Of a stretch of 64,000 nucleotides of DNA, positions 12,501 to 27,500 are shown one piece after another. This DNA is from Antedon mediterranea (Eukaryota > Animalia > Echinodermata). The stretch is from contig NC_092676.1 of the NCBI RefSeq assembly GCF_964355755.1, positions 19,238,871 to 19,302,870 on the forward strand, written 5' to 3'. A model generated the notes under the pieces. It ran no database searches. It was not told the origin of the DNA and worked only from the letters and a program-made list of their open reading frames with translations. The translations under genes and the position numbers were made by a program. Within the stretch, counting starts at the first letter, position 1. Each line of letters starts with the position of its first letter.

Positions 12501-15500
12501 AAATAGTTATACAAAATAAAATAGTACTGTTTGTAAAGTGTAAAACATTTATGAGGACATTCCACACTGTAACATCAGACTACAGACAGTCACATCTGCA
12601 TATAAACTAAACTATAAACTAAATTGGTATGATGGCACTCAAAACAAACACTTTCCAAAAAACACCAGATTCCACAAAAAGTAAACTGTTAGTGTAAATG
12701 TACAGAATGTATTGTGCACATTTGAGAGGGATAAAAAACGGTAATATTACAATCTGTCTTGAGTTGATGTGCAATTTGACTGTGCTTAAATTTTTACTAC
12801 ATACACTTGTACAAGATCTCCATTCAATCAACATAAATGCTAAGTAAACTGGGTTCTGTGTAATCAATATAAACTGGCTGAGCAATACAATAAACACAAT
12901 GTCACCGGACAAGACATGGCACAGCAACACACGATTTTATAATTTGTAAAGCTCTGTCTACACTATCAACTAGTGATATGCCCAAATATGGTAGTGATAT
13001 GACAAAATATGGTAGTGGTGCAACATCATCATCCATATATGGTAATATCATGTAAAGTTAATAGTGTAGATAGAGCTTAAGGGCAATGCTCTACAAATCC
13101 TTAAAATGCACAACACTGAATGTACATAATTTCTATGTAATATTACTACACACAATGCTAAAAACACAGTCACACTCTATATTTCACTATTAATTAGTAT
13201 ACTAGGGAAAAGCACTGCTATGTTTTATACTTACTATACTATTCCTATATAGTTACATAGATATTATTTCACACCACTTCAGAAGGAGGGCAGGGATCAC
13301 ACTAATTGGGGGGGGGGGGGGGGAAGATACATTTATTTATTTATTATTTATACTATTATGACTGGTACTGTCATGACAAATACTGTAAGTATGGGTATGT
13401 CTTCAAAAGGATCTTTCAATTGTGTATTCATTGTACTGTATTAATACAGGAATGAATTGTTCTCATTAAAGAAATCTTTTCTACAGCAAGCAACGAATAT
13501 GCCAGAATATGCTTTATAGTTATAAGATATTTACTGTCGTATTTAGATATTTTTAAGCAAGTATTTTTTAAAGACATTTCTGTCTACTTTCTATCCTACA
13601 AAGCATGTTTTGTCTTGTTTTGCTTACAACACAACTGTATCAAAATCAAAATTCAAAATAATTTTACAGTTATGTAAAATTTATGATGTTCAAATAATAA
13701 AAAGATGTTAATTAAGATTGTAATTTTTAATAGAAGCTGTTATAAATAATTGAAAGAAGTGTCATATATTAATAATGTATTGAAAGTGTGTTAGTTAGTA
13801 ATGAGTAGTTATTGTTAATTAGCCATTAAGATATGGTGTCTACTACAATCTATAAAGCAAAGAAGCTCCGGTGCTTGCTCAGTATAAAGGTAAGTAGTGG
13901 TCCAAACAAACGGCAACTCAAAATATATATAGAGTGTATAAACAAATAGATATAAAAAAAAATCATAATATAGAGTTTATAGTCAGTAAGTAAATAGCAC
14001 TTTGGAGATTATTGGTACATAGCTACCTATGGAACAGTGATGGGTAAAAGAATTCAGGTACAGATGTGAGGATAGGCAGTGATGGCAGAGTGCCACAAAG
14101 AGGAGAGGTGATGCCACAGGGGTGGTGCCACAGGGGTGGTGCCACAGGGGTGGTGCCACAGGGGTGGTGCCACAGGGGTGGTGTAAGAGTAATTTTGACA
14201 CTAATCTTTATGTGTACAGATAGAGATTATTTTATACTGTTATAGGTATGAAACTTTTGAAAAATAGAAGTTTTATAATTTTTTTAGTAGCAATACCATT
14301 ATCTGTATTCTTCTTGCAGGTAAATCATTAAAGCTTTTCCCCACTAGGACGCAATGCAAGGACGTAGACGGAACGCAAGCATGTTGACCTATCACAAGCG
14401 TTTGTTCGAATAATCCATTGCTTGTGATTGGTCAAATCACTTACGTTGCATTATGTACTTGCGTCTCTAGTGGGAACCAAGCTTTAATGTTAAAAAATGT
14501 GTTTAAAGGTTGTCTACCTCTGGTTTACTAGACCACCTGTTAACTGCAGTATATTTGTTTATGTATACAGTACCAACACACATTCATATATATTATATAT
14601 ATTTGTACCAATAGTCTCCAAAGCTACAACTACTTACTGACGTACATTGTAATAAACTAACTGCATAGTTCATTATATTTTACATATAGTGAAGGAAACA
14701 AATAATATTGAAAACAAAAACAATAATAGATTGTAATTTTGGTCGATATATCACGTGCCAAAGAATGCACATGCAAACATAAATACATAAATAAAGCTGT
14801 AACTGTTTGCATTTCATTCATTGCTTTATAATATTAATTTAATAAAATAAATAATAATTTATAATAATAGATCGAAACATAAATAATTAAAAACAAATTA
14901 ATTAATTTCTTTAATTTGATTGGTTGCTAGTTTATGTCAAATACAAATAGAAATTACTAAATCAAAACAAATAATTAACAATTAATATAAATTAAATAGA
15001 AACAATTTTTTAAACCATATTAAAAAGAATCCAGTTAATCTACATCAAAAACCAGTTACTAAATAAAATGAATTGAACTACAGTACACACTACACTATAT
15101 GGATGCTTTGCTATACTATATGTACACTATATGACAAACATCTTATATCTTGTACTGGAAGCTTTAACAAATAAATTAAATATTAAAATAATAGGGATGG
15201 TTTTTATGTCTCTATGAAAAAAGTGTTTCCCAGTTTGTCACTATAAGATCTTTGTTATAGTCAATTGAGGAAGAGATATATTGTACCAACAAAATCTGAA
15301 ATTGATTTATATAGAAATATATACATTTTCCTCAATTGAAAAAAAAACTAAATTTAAAACAACTAATTTTAATACTAATGACAATTATTTGTATTCATAA
15401 AAAACATGCTATATGAATTTCAAATATTATTATCTTTATGATTATCTAATTTATATTTCAGTATTATTACTAATAATATATAGCTATCAGAAATTCATAT

Positions 15501-18500
15501 TTAAATTTATCAAATTAAATTTGCTTTCATGTTGTAATGTCTTCACATGGTTTCAATGGTTTTAGCAGAAATCATGTTATGAGTGGACAAAAGCAAATGA
15601 TAATATGATGATGGAAGTGGAAGTACTATAGATACTATGAAGTTCCATAATGTTCTGTCTACACTATCAAACTTTATGTGACAAAAATGTGATGTGCACA
15701 AATATGGTAGTGATATGACATCATCATGTCCATATATGGGCAAATCACTTTTTTTGTGTCACATAAAGTTTGATAGTGTGGACAGAGCTTAGAGGACATT
15801 AATAATAGTTCTTTCTTATATCGCAAATAAGCAAGCTCTCAGTGTGCTGTACATAACTTGAATGTAGAACACAAATTTAAAAATTTATAAAATGTTCAAT
15901 GTTATACATAATTTTTTTAAATTTTTAATTGCTTTTGCATTTGACATATATAAACCAATCATTTTGTTTGTGTATCAATTAATCTGGTAACTTCTCATAT
16001 CTGGTACTACCACCAATAAGTGAAAGAGCATGGACAGAATAGCTAAATATATAATGATTTATCCCTTACCTTGAATTGGTTTTGGAGGACCACCACTGGA
16101 GCGGAGGAAGCCACGTTGCAGAAGTGTTGACCCACTCGACGTGACTTTTTTAGAACCGAGTCTCGGACTTGCTTCTGGGAACTCCAACGAGGTCGTTGCA
16201 ACTATGTTGTTGAGGCTCACGAGGGAGTCACTAATGTCTTGGCTTGAGAATGGTGTGTTTAGGACAACTGCTGTAAAATACTTTTCTTGTTCCATGCTTT
16301 TACTTACACCGCCACTATCTGGAACAGTGACTATCATACAAGACATACAATTATACTTTAGTGATAGCTTACATTGAAGCTTTTAAAAAAAAATAGAAAA
16401 AACTCTCCCAAGTTCAGCAAGTGAGAGAAGATTTGGAAATGTCACAGATACAGACTGTACCTGTAATTGTCATAGATGTTTACTTTAAATAGCCAGTATG
16501 GTTTTACAATACTTTTTTTTGTCTCCTAAAAAGTAGGACGGCAACATCTAGGAATTTTTTTTTTAAGTTGGTAAACCAGTCATGCTCATGAGGGCATGTG
16601 TTGGATGTTGGATTACTGATCGTGAGATCAAACCTAACTCGTGACGCATTGTTTTGTTTCTTTAGGCAAGACACTTTACTTATGTTTGCCTCTCAACCCA
16701 GTAATGCCAACACACAACTTTACGCCGATTACTAACTGCATTTATGGGAGTATGTTTCCATACGCGTTTGATCCAAAAAATTACCGGAGTAATAATGTGT
16801 TCGCGCTTAGAAGCATTGTGCAATAAGTGCTATATAAGAAATATTATTATTATTTTATTGTTTCCATTAAGGAGCATAAATGAGTAATATGCATGGCAGA
16901 CAACTAACCATTACTTGACTGCGTTACTTGCGTTGATGACTTGATGATTCCCATCACCCCCTTCCCATGAAAACCCCCAGAACGTAAAAGCAGGGCCTTT
17001 GACTTTGGATGCTTCCAGACAATGGCAGGGAACCTGTTGTTCCGATGGCATCTAGAAAGCCTTCGTATACTGTCATCGGTGCATGCAACTGGAACAACAA
17101 CAAGACCAGGATAGCTGCAAGAAAACCATAGAACGTATGGTAAAATCATGGTAAAGGTGGCGGTACAGGTGGCGGTACAACCTATTTCTTGACCTGTATA
17201 CAACTTATACAATTTGCTCAAGAGAAACATCAGTTTTAACAATTGAACAATATTCACTTTTTCTTCCACAACACTTTCTCAAACACAGAAACCAATGGAG
17301 AGAAGTTAGACATAAAATACATACTGAAAAGTAATTATTTTAACAGGAACAACCAAGTGATTTGAAAAGAGAGAAAATAGGATGAAAAATAAAAGATAAC
17401 AAATAAAAACAACAAAATGTTTTTGGATCAAAAGTTAGCAAACAACAATGAAGGGAACAGGCTTACCTTCTTGCTACCTCATAGCGTATATTAACATCTG
17501 TTAACCTAAATCCATTCCCACCCCGGCCAAACTTGGGTCTTTGAAGCGATTCCAATGTGCCTAGACCTAATCGCTTGTAATCTTTTACATATAACTTATC
17601 AACTAGTCTGTCTGGTGACAATGTGTCGGAGGGTTTCAATGTACCTATGTCAGCTTCATCGATCACTACAATGTAAAATAAAAAATTGCATTATTAAATT
17701 TGAATATTATTATTTGTAATACTACTTTCACATCCCCTGGAGCAAAACTCCATCGTTTAAACACACCATGTGAAACGAGTATACAAATAAATATGCCCCT
17801 TAATATTACAAAATATAACATTAAAGGCCAGTTTACACAGACAAGCAGTAACAGTAATAAAAAATAGAATCTATGTTATTCCTTATGGCTATTTACATAA
17901 AATACAGAGCGGAAGGGCCGGTTTTCGCTCAGGATAGATTCTATGTGGGACAAGCAACACAGTTTACCACTTACCATTACCGCTCGTCTGTGTAAATTGG
18001 CCTTAATGTTGCAATGGAATAGGAATAATCATATGTAAATTCAATACAGCTACAGTATTTAAAAATATGAAGTACTGTATATAAACACACACAATTAAGA
18101 AACACTAATAAATAGGATAACACATTAAAAAATATAACACTAATAAATCTATAAATAATTTGAAAAAACATAAACCATGCATACATAAAAATGTATAGTT
18201 AAAGGACCATGAATATCATATTCAGAAATATATTTTTCTTATTTATTAACAAATCTAGCAACAGTATATATAGTAGCTAAATGTATAGTGTTCAGCAAAG
18301 TTTTTAAAAAATACTATATCAAAATAGTGAAATATTAAAAACAAAACAAAACACTGCAAAATATGTAACATTCAGAAGCAATGATATACAAAGTAAATAT
18401 TTTTACATTTAAAACGAAATGTCAGATGACAAGGTCCTTTCCATAAGATAAAAAAAACTAAATAAGTTTCTGATTTTCACTTAAGCAATTCATATCTTGA

Positions 18501-21500
18501 CTTAAGCCAAAAGATGAATGACTGCCTACACAGTATGTCTTCATTAATCATATGCGTGAAATTGCGCTCTACCACTTTCTACCAATTCAAAATCTCGCTT
18601 ATTGCAACATATATATAGTTGAAGGATTGTGTAAAAGTATGCAGCATGAATATTTATAAAAATTGTAAAAAATAAGATCCCTTTGCACACTTCAAACAAA
18701 GAATAAAATACAGCAGAACCCTTATTTAGGGGTGAAGACCTTTGAGAACTAAGGGCCTGTTTCTGCTGCAACTGCTCAAAATACGGTATAAAAATACGGT
18801 ATAAAATACGGTATTTTTTATACCGTATTTTTTAGTACCCCGTTTCTGCTAACAATACTTCTTGGGTGGTCGTGTTAAATTTCATCTTTTTACCCAAATT
18901 GCCATTCATTTATTTGATCGATAATTAAAAGTCGCAATAAAGGAAGTTTTACGTCTCACTTTGAGCTTACTTGCTTTGGAGACAAGTCTATTCCATACTC
19001 CTGCTTTATTTTTTTAGAAATGTCTTTATAAATGTGGTTGTTCCTTTTAACACGAATGTTGACCTTTTGCCATGTAAAAAAAAAAATACGGAATTTTTTA
19101 TTGGCAGCAGAAACGGGTACAAAAAATACGGTATAAATTTGTAAATACCGTATTTTATCCACAAATTTTGTGGGGAAAATACGGTATACAAAATACGGTA
19201 TATTTTTTATGAGCGCAGTTTCTGCTGCCAAAAATATACCGTATATATACGGTATTCAAAAAATACCGTATAATATACGGTATTTAGTTGGCAGCAGAAA
19301 CAGGGCCTAAGACAAATTGTCCCTTTAATATAATAAGTTCCCTGAATAGGGATCACCTGTACTGATAAACCTGATAGATTCATAGGAAAGTATCCCTTTG
19401 ATAGGAGTGTCCCCTGAATAGGTGTTCCCAAAGGAAGGGTTCTACTGTAAATATCAAGAAAGAAGATGTATGTTTCTAAAAATTATATAAATATACCCAC
19501 ACTTCAGAAAAGAAATAAAATTTAAAAACATTTCATGCATTAGGAGCAAAAAATGCAAACAATAAACTTTCCCAAAGACAATTCTGAAAACAGAACTGAA
19601 AGAAAAGATACAGGTCATTTACAAATGAAGTTCTACCAAGCGCTTTTTTTTTGCTTTAAAAAAAAAAAAAAACACACAAAAGTTTTAACCCCAAATGTAA
19701 TATTCATACCTCCAAGAACTGGTGAGAATTCTGTTTAAAATGCAGAAAAGAAAACACAATAATTTATTGTTAATAAATGTAAGATTGTTTTTCTTAATAT
19801 CTAAAAAACCATTCACAGATTTTATTCAAAATGAATACAGAAAATGTAGTTTTTACAACTAATTTATATGCTATTTAACTTCACACCATGACATGTTATC
19901 ACTTATCTTTACTTCAATAAAAACAACCTTAAAAAATATTTTTACAAAAAAATGATACTATCCCTAGTAAATAAACCTAATTGAAAGTATTAACATAGTG
20001 TATAGTTTTTACATAGAAGGTAAAAGCAAGACTCTTACAGTACAAAATACCACAAAACAAAATACAAATACTATACAACACATCCCTTAATTTGCAGAAT
20101 AAAGAAACTATAGGCTATAAACACATGTTTGTAACCAGATTAAAGGGCCTTTCACACCTGCTCCGGCACGGTTCCGGTCCGGCGACAGCAAATCCAATCG
20201 AACGTCAATGTTTCGTTTTTACGCGGCTACGCGCATATCGATTGGTGCTTGACCGCGTGGAGCGTCGTGAAAACGAAACATTGGCGTTCGATTCGCAGGA
20301 CCGGAACCGTGCCCGAACAGGTGTGAAAGGCCCTTTAACCATGGAATACATACTGTAATGCATTGCAGAATCGACAAGTCAAGGCTATACCTAGCTTTTC
20401 CCCCATCGTACCTAACTTTGAACTTAGAGTTTTGTAGGTATGTACGTCTTAAGGCCAATTCACACAGACGAGTGGCAAACGTTAAGTGGTAATAATAAGC
20501 AGAAAACAAACAATCTATGTTATTTCTTATGACCATTTACATGAAACGTGGAGCGGACGGCATTTGAGCAGAAAATCTCTCGGGATAGATACAGATTCTA
20601 CATATTGGACAAGCTATGCAGTTTTTGCTTACTGTTAGGCCTACCGCTCGTCTGTGTAAATTGACCTTTAGATCTATTAAAAATCTATAAGCCATTGCCT
20701 GTGTATTGCAATTAGCTCCTATTTTTATAGGAATTGTTCTACCTTGATGTCGGAACGCAAGACTTATCTTATATGAATATGTAACCATAGTATGAGTTGG
20801 TAAATCTTATCTACTATTATTCTACCAGCAAAACAATTTTATTTAGGTACAGCTTACAACTATGACCAGTATTATGATGAATGGCATTGATTTGTTTTGG
20901 AGCCAAGGAATACTACTGTATTTGCTATTCTATCTAACTAAATGATTTTGGTGGTTTTTTAAAGATAAAAATGATCAATCAACAAAGAACAACTAAAAAG
21001 ATAACAAGCAACCTGTGACCATGAATTTCTTATCAACTAATTATTGGTCACATTTTCACTGTCAAGTCAATTTTTAGAACTTTCTATCTGAACAATAAAT
21101 GATCTTATAACAATTATTTTCTATTTAAACTGTCAAGTACTGTTATATATAATATATATATACAGTATTTGAATCCAAAGGCAAATTACTGAAAAAATGA
21201 CAATGCTGTGGGTATCAGTGGCTGGATCTCAATGGAGATACAAAATAAAAGCAAAAAGTTAAATCAAAACGAGAAGTAAAACAGCTAGAAAAGGTATTTA
21301 TACGGTATTTATATATTATTTGTTGATTTGTTCTGGTTGCTATTGCTGGTTCCATTATGACAATTTATTTTTATCTTCAAAATGGATTATCTATATTGTT
21401 TTGGAATTATCAATGTTTGTTTTTTTTATTTAATGAAATAAACACATGCATGTCAATTTATTATTGTTAAATACTGTTAGAGTTAGTGTGACGATTATTA

Positions 21501-24500
21501 AGATGGTACTGAACAAAACTGAAAAAAATGCATGCAAACAAAAAAGGCAAACAAACAAAACATTGATGGGATGATTATAAATGAAATGAAGGATTAACCT
21601 GTTGATGTATCCGAGGGAGACCTGTATAAACTTGCTCGTAACGATGCGCTGGCTATATCAATATCTGATGAGGAAAAGCATCGCAATACATCAACCATAA
21701 TGGTAAACAGCATTTACCATAAAGTACCATCTGGTTAATTCATTAAATACCACATGGTACTTGCATACCAATAACCAATGCAGTGTAATGCATATATTCA
21801 TGGCAAACATAACACAGATAGTGGGAACCCTGGTACATGATTACCACTCCTACCATAAGTTCACAGAACTGGTACAGTAGTATGTGGTGATGGGCCCTCA
21901 GAACCATTCTCCAGGTTCTTGACAACCATTGGTAATGCTATTTATCATTATGCCTACCATGGGTACAGAGCACAGTACATTGTTAAATGAAAAATGTATC
22001 TTGGTATTTATGAGCTCTGTGAACCCTGGTATATGATTACCACTCCTACCATAACTTCACAGCACTGGTACAGTGATATGTGGTGATGGTATAGTACCAA
22101 TGGACCCACAGAACCATTATCCTGGTTCTTGGCAACCATTGGTAAAGCTATTTATCATTACGCCTACCATGAGTAAAGAGCACTGCACACTGTTAATAAT
22201 GAAAAAATGTAATAGCATATAAAACAGCTGCATGCTGCCTCAGTACGATCCTCATGCACGAGACATGCTTTATAAATGTTATTTAACCAAAATTATACAG
22301 TTTGCATTGCAATTTCTGAAATGACTGAAAAAATGGTTGACGCATTAGGTATTAATTTATATATGAACATTAGCATAAGAAAATTAATTATGATTAAAAA
22401 GCATGAGAAGTTTTAAAATAAAACAAATCTGTTTCATCCTTAAAATTTGTTATGATTTGACTCGAGATCATAAGAATGTTATAAACTCATGGTCCTGGAA
22501 TTTTTATCATACTATTTTAAAATGAAAAGATTGAACTGAACTGTTAAAAATAATTGATATTTTATTACAAATTTATGCAGTTGAAATAGCTCATTTTTAA
22601 GAATAAATTATTTAGTTGGTCATTTATGAATAATAAACCTGTCCTTGTCCAAACAATATTACTCAATTACTATGTATAAATATATTTACATTAAAATATG
22701 ATTACTATAAGGTTATTTAAAATCCTGTATTCTTTTTGAATGTGGGAAATGAACTGTTAGGCCAACTATCCTTGTCTACATTATCAAACTTTATTTGACA
22801 AAAAAATGTGACATGCCCATATATGAACATGATGATGTCATATCAGTACCCTATTTGGAAATATCACTACCATATTTGGGCACATCACACTTTTTTTTTG
22901 TCAAACTAGTTTGATAGTGTAGACAGAGCTTTAGAATATAAACTAGCCACGACATGTAGTAGAGTGACCAGTTCAATTCCACACTACCAGTTCCATTTCA
23001 AGCTGCCTTATTCTTCCTAGTATTTTTCAACCAGGTACTCATATAGTAGACTGGGTATTTCTGTATTATAGTCAAGTGTCCGAACCATTTGCTTAACTCC
23101 TTGAAAATGTAAAGAACTAAAAAAAAAAATAAACAAGAACAACTTACTGTTTAAGTCATCATCATCAAACATGACACTATTGGGTCTACTACCACTATCA
23201 GTAGACAGACTTTCCATACTGTTTGATGCAGTCAACTTGTTGCTTTGCCTCCTGGGTACCAAAGGTTCTACCGGTAATATGTACTTCTGACGGCGGTGCT
23301 GTTGTGTACTGGCTGGCTGCGTTCTGCCTAGCGTCAAACCTTTGTTAACTCTTTGAAGCGTTTGTTTGGCAAAATTTCTGAAAGAAAAATTCATGAGGAA
23401 ATATTATTAATTTAAACCAAGTATTATTAATTATTTCATCTTCATGTTCCACCAAATATATGCTTTGGTAAGTTCTTAAAACTGGGAATTTACACATATG
23501 AAATGAGATGCTTCTGGCCAGCCACAAAATTCAGATTAAAATCTGGTGATTAAGGATGAAGATTTTATGGAATTCCTCCACCAGTACTGATGAGATGCAT
23601 ATAATGCATTTCACCTTGAATTATAGCAATCAAAATATGTAGTGAAGCCACATCTGTAGCTAAAGAGGGAGTGAGATGAAGTCAGATCTGGGCTAGAAAC
23701 AGATGAATATCCATTTACTTACTTGAGGGTTGCATTTTTATTAGTTTGTTTTTGCGTCTGATTGATCTGTAATAACTCTGTTCCTTGGAATGCAAAAGTT
23801 TCATAGATAGTTTGCGGAAATCGCATCTTGCCAATAGTCCTCCTAAGCTGCTCAACCTTCTCACTTCCAACCTCTTCATCAAACGCAAACTTGATAAGCT
23901 GCAAGAAAGTTTTTAAAAATCGATGTAACACATTTGTTTTTTATAAATAATTATTTTTATATAAATATATATATTTGTATTATTGTTGAGTTTATTGGCT
24001 ACTAGAAGAAATATCTGGCTCTGAGTGGGTATCTCCCCTGCCCTACTTCAATAGTTTAATATCTTTCCAGTAATATCCTAGTCATCTGATACTCCATTAC
24101 TCCCCTAAATCAAACAGCAAATCAATTAAGATTGCCTATCCACAATTTTTGGGGTTTTTAACAGATTTCTTGTATAGGGCTAATAGCAATTTAGAAATCA
24201 TGCAAGCCAGACAGAGCATGGGAAGGAAACTCTACAGTATATAGTTATATCAAAAGCTACATATCCTAAACATGGTAGAATTCTTTTCTAACAAACTATT
24301 CTTTGTTGACTTTGTCTAGGCATATACAAATTGTTGATGATAAGATGATTTACCTGAAATGTATTTGAGCGTAATTGAATTCCTTCTGGTAGGTAGTGAT
24401 CTAAGTGAACCAAGTTACCAACAGAGATCTTCTTCTCTTTAAATAATGATGCTAGCGGAAAACTGCGTATCACTGCAAGCTCACAAGCTAATAATATAAA

Positions 24501-27500
24501 AAAAGAGTGATAAAAAAATTAAAAACGATTGATGAAAAAACTATTAAAAACTGAAATCGCTAGTCTCTTATGTGCAAACAGGCAGAAGATACCAACTGTG
24601 GAACTCCTCCAATGGGACACCACTTTTAAGGGTTTAATAAGGTCCTACTGTATTACATTACTCTCTCAGCTTGAAGCAGACAATTATAATGATCCAATCA
24701 AGGTAATCTAACAACAGGACACTGAGCTCGCCTTGCCAAGATAAGAACTCCTAACAACATAGGAACTCCTTGTCTGGCTGCGACAAATACCAACAGTACT
24801 ATATATGTACACATTCTCTGCGGTGCGCGTTGTCTGTTAAGGGGCGTGAAACGAATCTCAGCATCCTGTTAGATAGCCTTAGTTCAATAGAGTTTGATGT
24901 CTTTCAAAAATGAAGAATGAACTAGAGACTAAATGATTGTCTACTGCTGATTGTGGGTAATAAGCATACTATGTTAGTGCCTGTAAAACATTGATCTGTG
25001 GGAAGCAGGGAAGCTTGGTGTTTGCTTGTTATTACAAGCGGTCATAGGTTAAAATCTTAGCATCATCACAGTAACATAATTTTTCCCATGGCCAACAAGA
25101 GTACCACTGTTTCCAAGGTATATTTCTCATTTTGTACTGAGTAACACAGATGAGTGTAAACAAAATAAAGGTCTTCTACAAAAAGCAACTTTTGCATTGT
25201 TGGCATTGAGAAAGAAAATTAAGCCAGTAAACAAACCTTGGATGTCAACCGGATTGCCTTTAAAAATTATCCTGTAATTTGTAACAAACAAAGCGCCCTC
25301 TGCTGGTAGAAGTGCTGGTCCGCCGACATGTCCTCCTATACCTTCTTCTCGGCCATCCGCTAACAAGTAGCCGCGGTACCCAGAATAAGTGATCTTTTCA
25401 CCCGTAAGCAGCACTGGTTTTAGAATCTTCGGTTTTTTGATCGGTGGTAATCGTTTACTTTCTCTATATACAGCCTCTAGCATTTCTATGTGCATTGCCA
25501 CAATACCTAACAAATTCAAATATTTATTATTAGTTTTTATCATGAAACAACAACATTTTAGTAAATATCATTTCATTCATTTTACTTTTTTTGGATTCAC
25601 GTCCAGTTACAAAATCAATTGCAGCACAGAAAAAAACAAGTATAATATAAAAACAAATAAAAAGAAACCGGTATCAGATCATCTCATGATCTCCATCATT
25701 TTGTAATAATAATAATAATTTTGTAATGAAGCCTGCATAATTTAAATGATGATACCATAATACATTCTATCTATCTAGTATTTTTGCTAGAAGACATTCT
25801 CTGTAACAATGAAAAGACAGATTTCCTTAGATACTCTCCAAAAGATGGGCAACATTATAAATAAATATGTCATTAGCACTGCAGTGTCTAGGGAACCTCA
25901 ACAATAATCGAAGAGCATTCTTCTAACATACCCGTATATCTTTGTCATTAAATTAGCTTTTAAAATGTATCAATGACACTTACCTGGTATCATTGAATGA
26001 AGTTTCTTAAGCGGCTCACTTGTCACCCCTGTTTCTGTACAAACTTTGTCAACAAACTTTGACACAAATTTAATTACTGTGGTGTCTGATGACTCATAAT
26101 TTCCATCGCCTTCAAAGCTGTCACTCCCACCAGCACTGTTGATAAAAAGAAATCGTAACACATAAATTTGCTAGGAATTATAATAAGAACACATAGAAAA
26201 AAATGTCAATCTATTCGATTCAAACAATATTAATAGTAAGGCAATATGAGATATCATAAATTGCACCTATTGTAACATGGTTCATGTATGTTACAAGAGG
26301 AATGAACACTCTGTCTTAAATTAGAACGACAAATGTAGAGATCTTCAAAGCTTTCAATATATTCCTGATTGTCAATATCTGGATGTTTAGTGATGTAGTG
26401 TGAAATGAGTATAAACTCCACTCAGTGGTGTGTAGTTTCCGTGTGTAAGGGGATTAAGGAACACAATACAGTAGAATCCATTCTTTGTGACACAACTGGG
26501 AAACCCCTAATAAGGGACACGTTAGAAAAGGGAAATATATGTCTTGAGACTATTTCTAGCACCTATTCAGGGCAGACCTCTTTTAAACGAAGGGAAAAAT
26601 GTTTTTATACTACGACCAACCCCTTTTCTAGGAACTCTTTATTGTTTCCTGAAGGTGTCTTTGTACTAGGGGTTCTACTGTGCTATGTATTTACATATGA
26701 GAATATGCTTTAAACGCCTTGGGTTTAATTATTCCAAAACTGTTAAGAATCAAAGGACAAAATAAGCATCACAATATAAACAATATTTATGAAATGCAGC
26801 AAGCTAAACTTACCTGCTTGTTAAATTGCTACTACCGCAACTCTCGCCTTCCATACTTATAGAATTCACCAGCCTCTTCCTTGTGTCCAGTGGCACCCTC
26901 ATACATACCATGTGGTTAGCAAAGTGGATAGCTTGGCTATACACAATGCCCTCTTCATTTGACATCAGTGTCTTTTTGACGTCGTCACTGATGTCAGGCC
27001 AAATCTTGAGACGTTCGGCAGACACTTCTAAAGGAGACGCTCGACTTATGATCTCATTTGAGTTCAATCCATTCTGTAAGGTTAACAGTTAAATAAAAAT
27101 GTATTTCTTTAATAATTCAAACTACACACATACAATGTTATAATCAATAATTAAAATAAAAGTGTATAGCATGATTTAAATGTAGATCTCGGGACCAGCA
27201 GTAAAGATAATAAGTATCCATCAATTACGGCCATGTGTCTTCAGAAGAAGACGGCTAAAAGTACAGTAACAACATTACTTCTTATTCTCTTGAACTGTTA
27301 ACATGTGTAAAGTTTCAGAAAAATACAAATGTTGTTTTTGGTTTTATTAGTAAATAGGAGGCAGTGTTCAAACACAGGGAAAACAAACGTGTATCCGATA
27401 AAAACCTTCATAATTAACATCATAAATTCATTTGTCTTATTCAATAATACATGTACACTTACATTTGTCTTGTTATCTGTAGATGCTGATAGGTAGAGTT

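Noticed and set aside
13983-14201. ORF with HHPCGTTP repeats
   Set aside because: Translation of the 14-bp minisatellite
14518-14536. Possible microexon (minus, CAG...GTAGAC)
   Set aside because: 19 nt, so frame-shifting, with a poor pyrimidine tract
21190-21221. Possible small exon (minus, CAG...GTAATT)
   Set aside because: 32 nt, not frame-preserving; no other support
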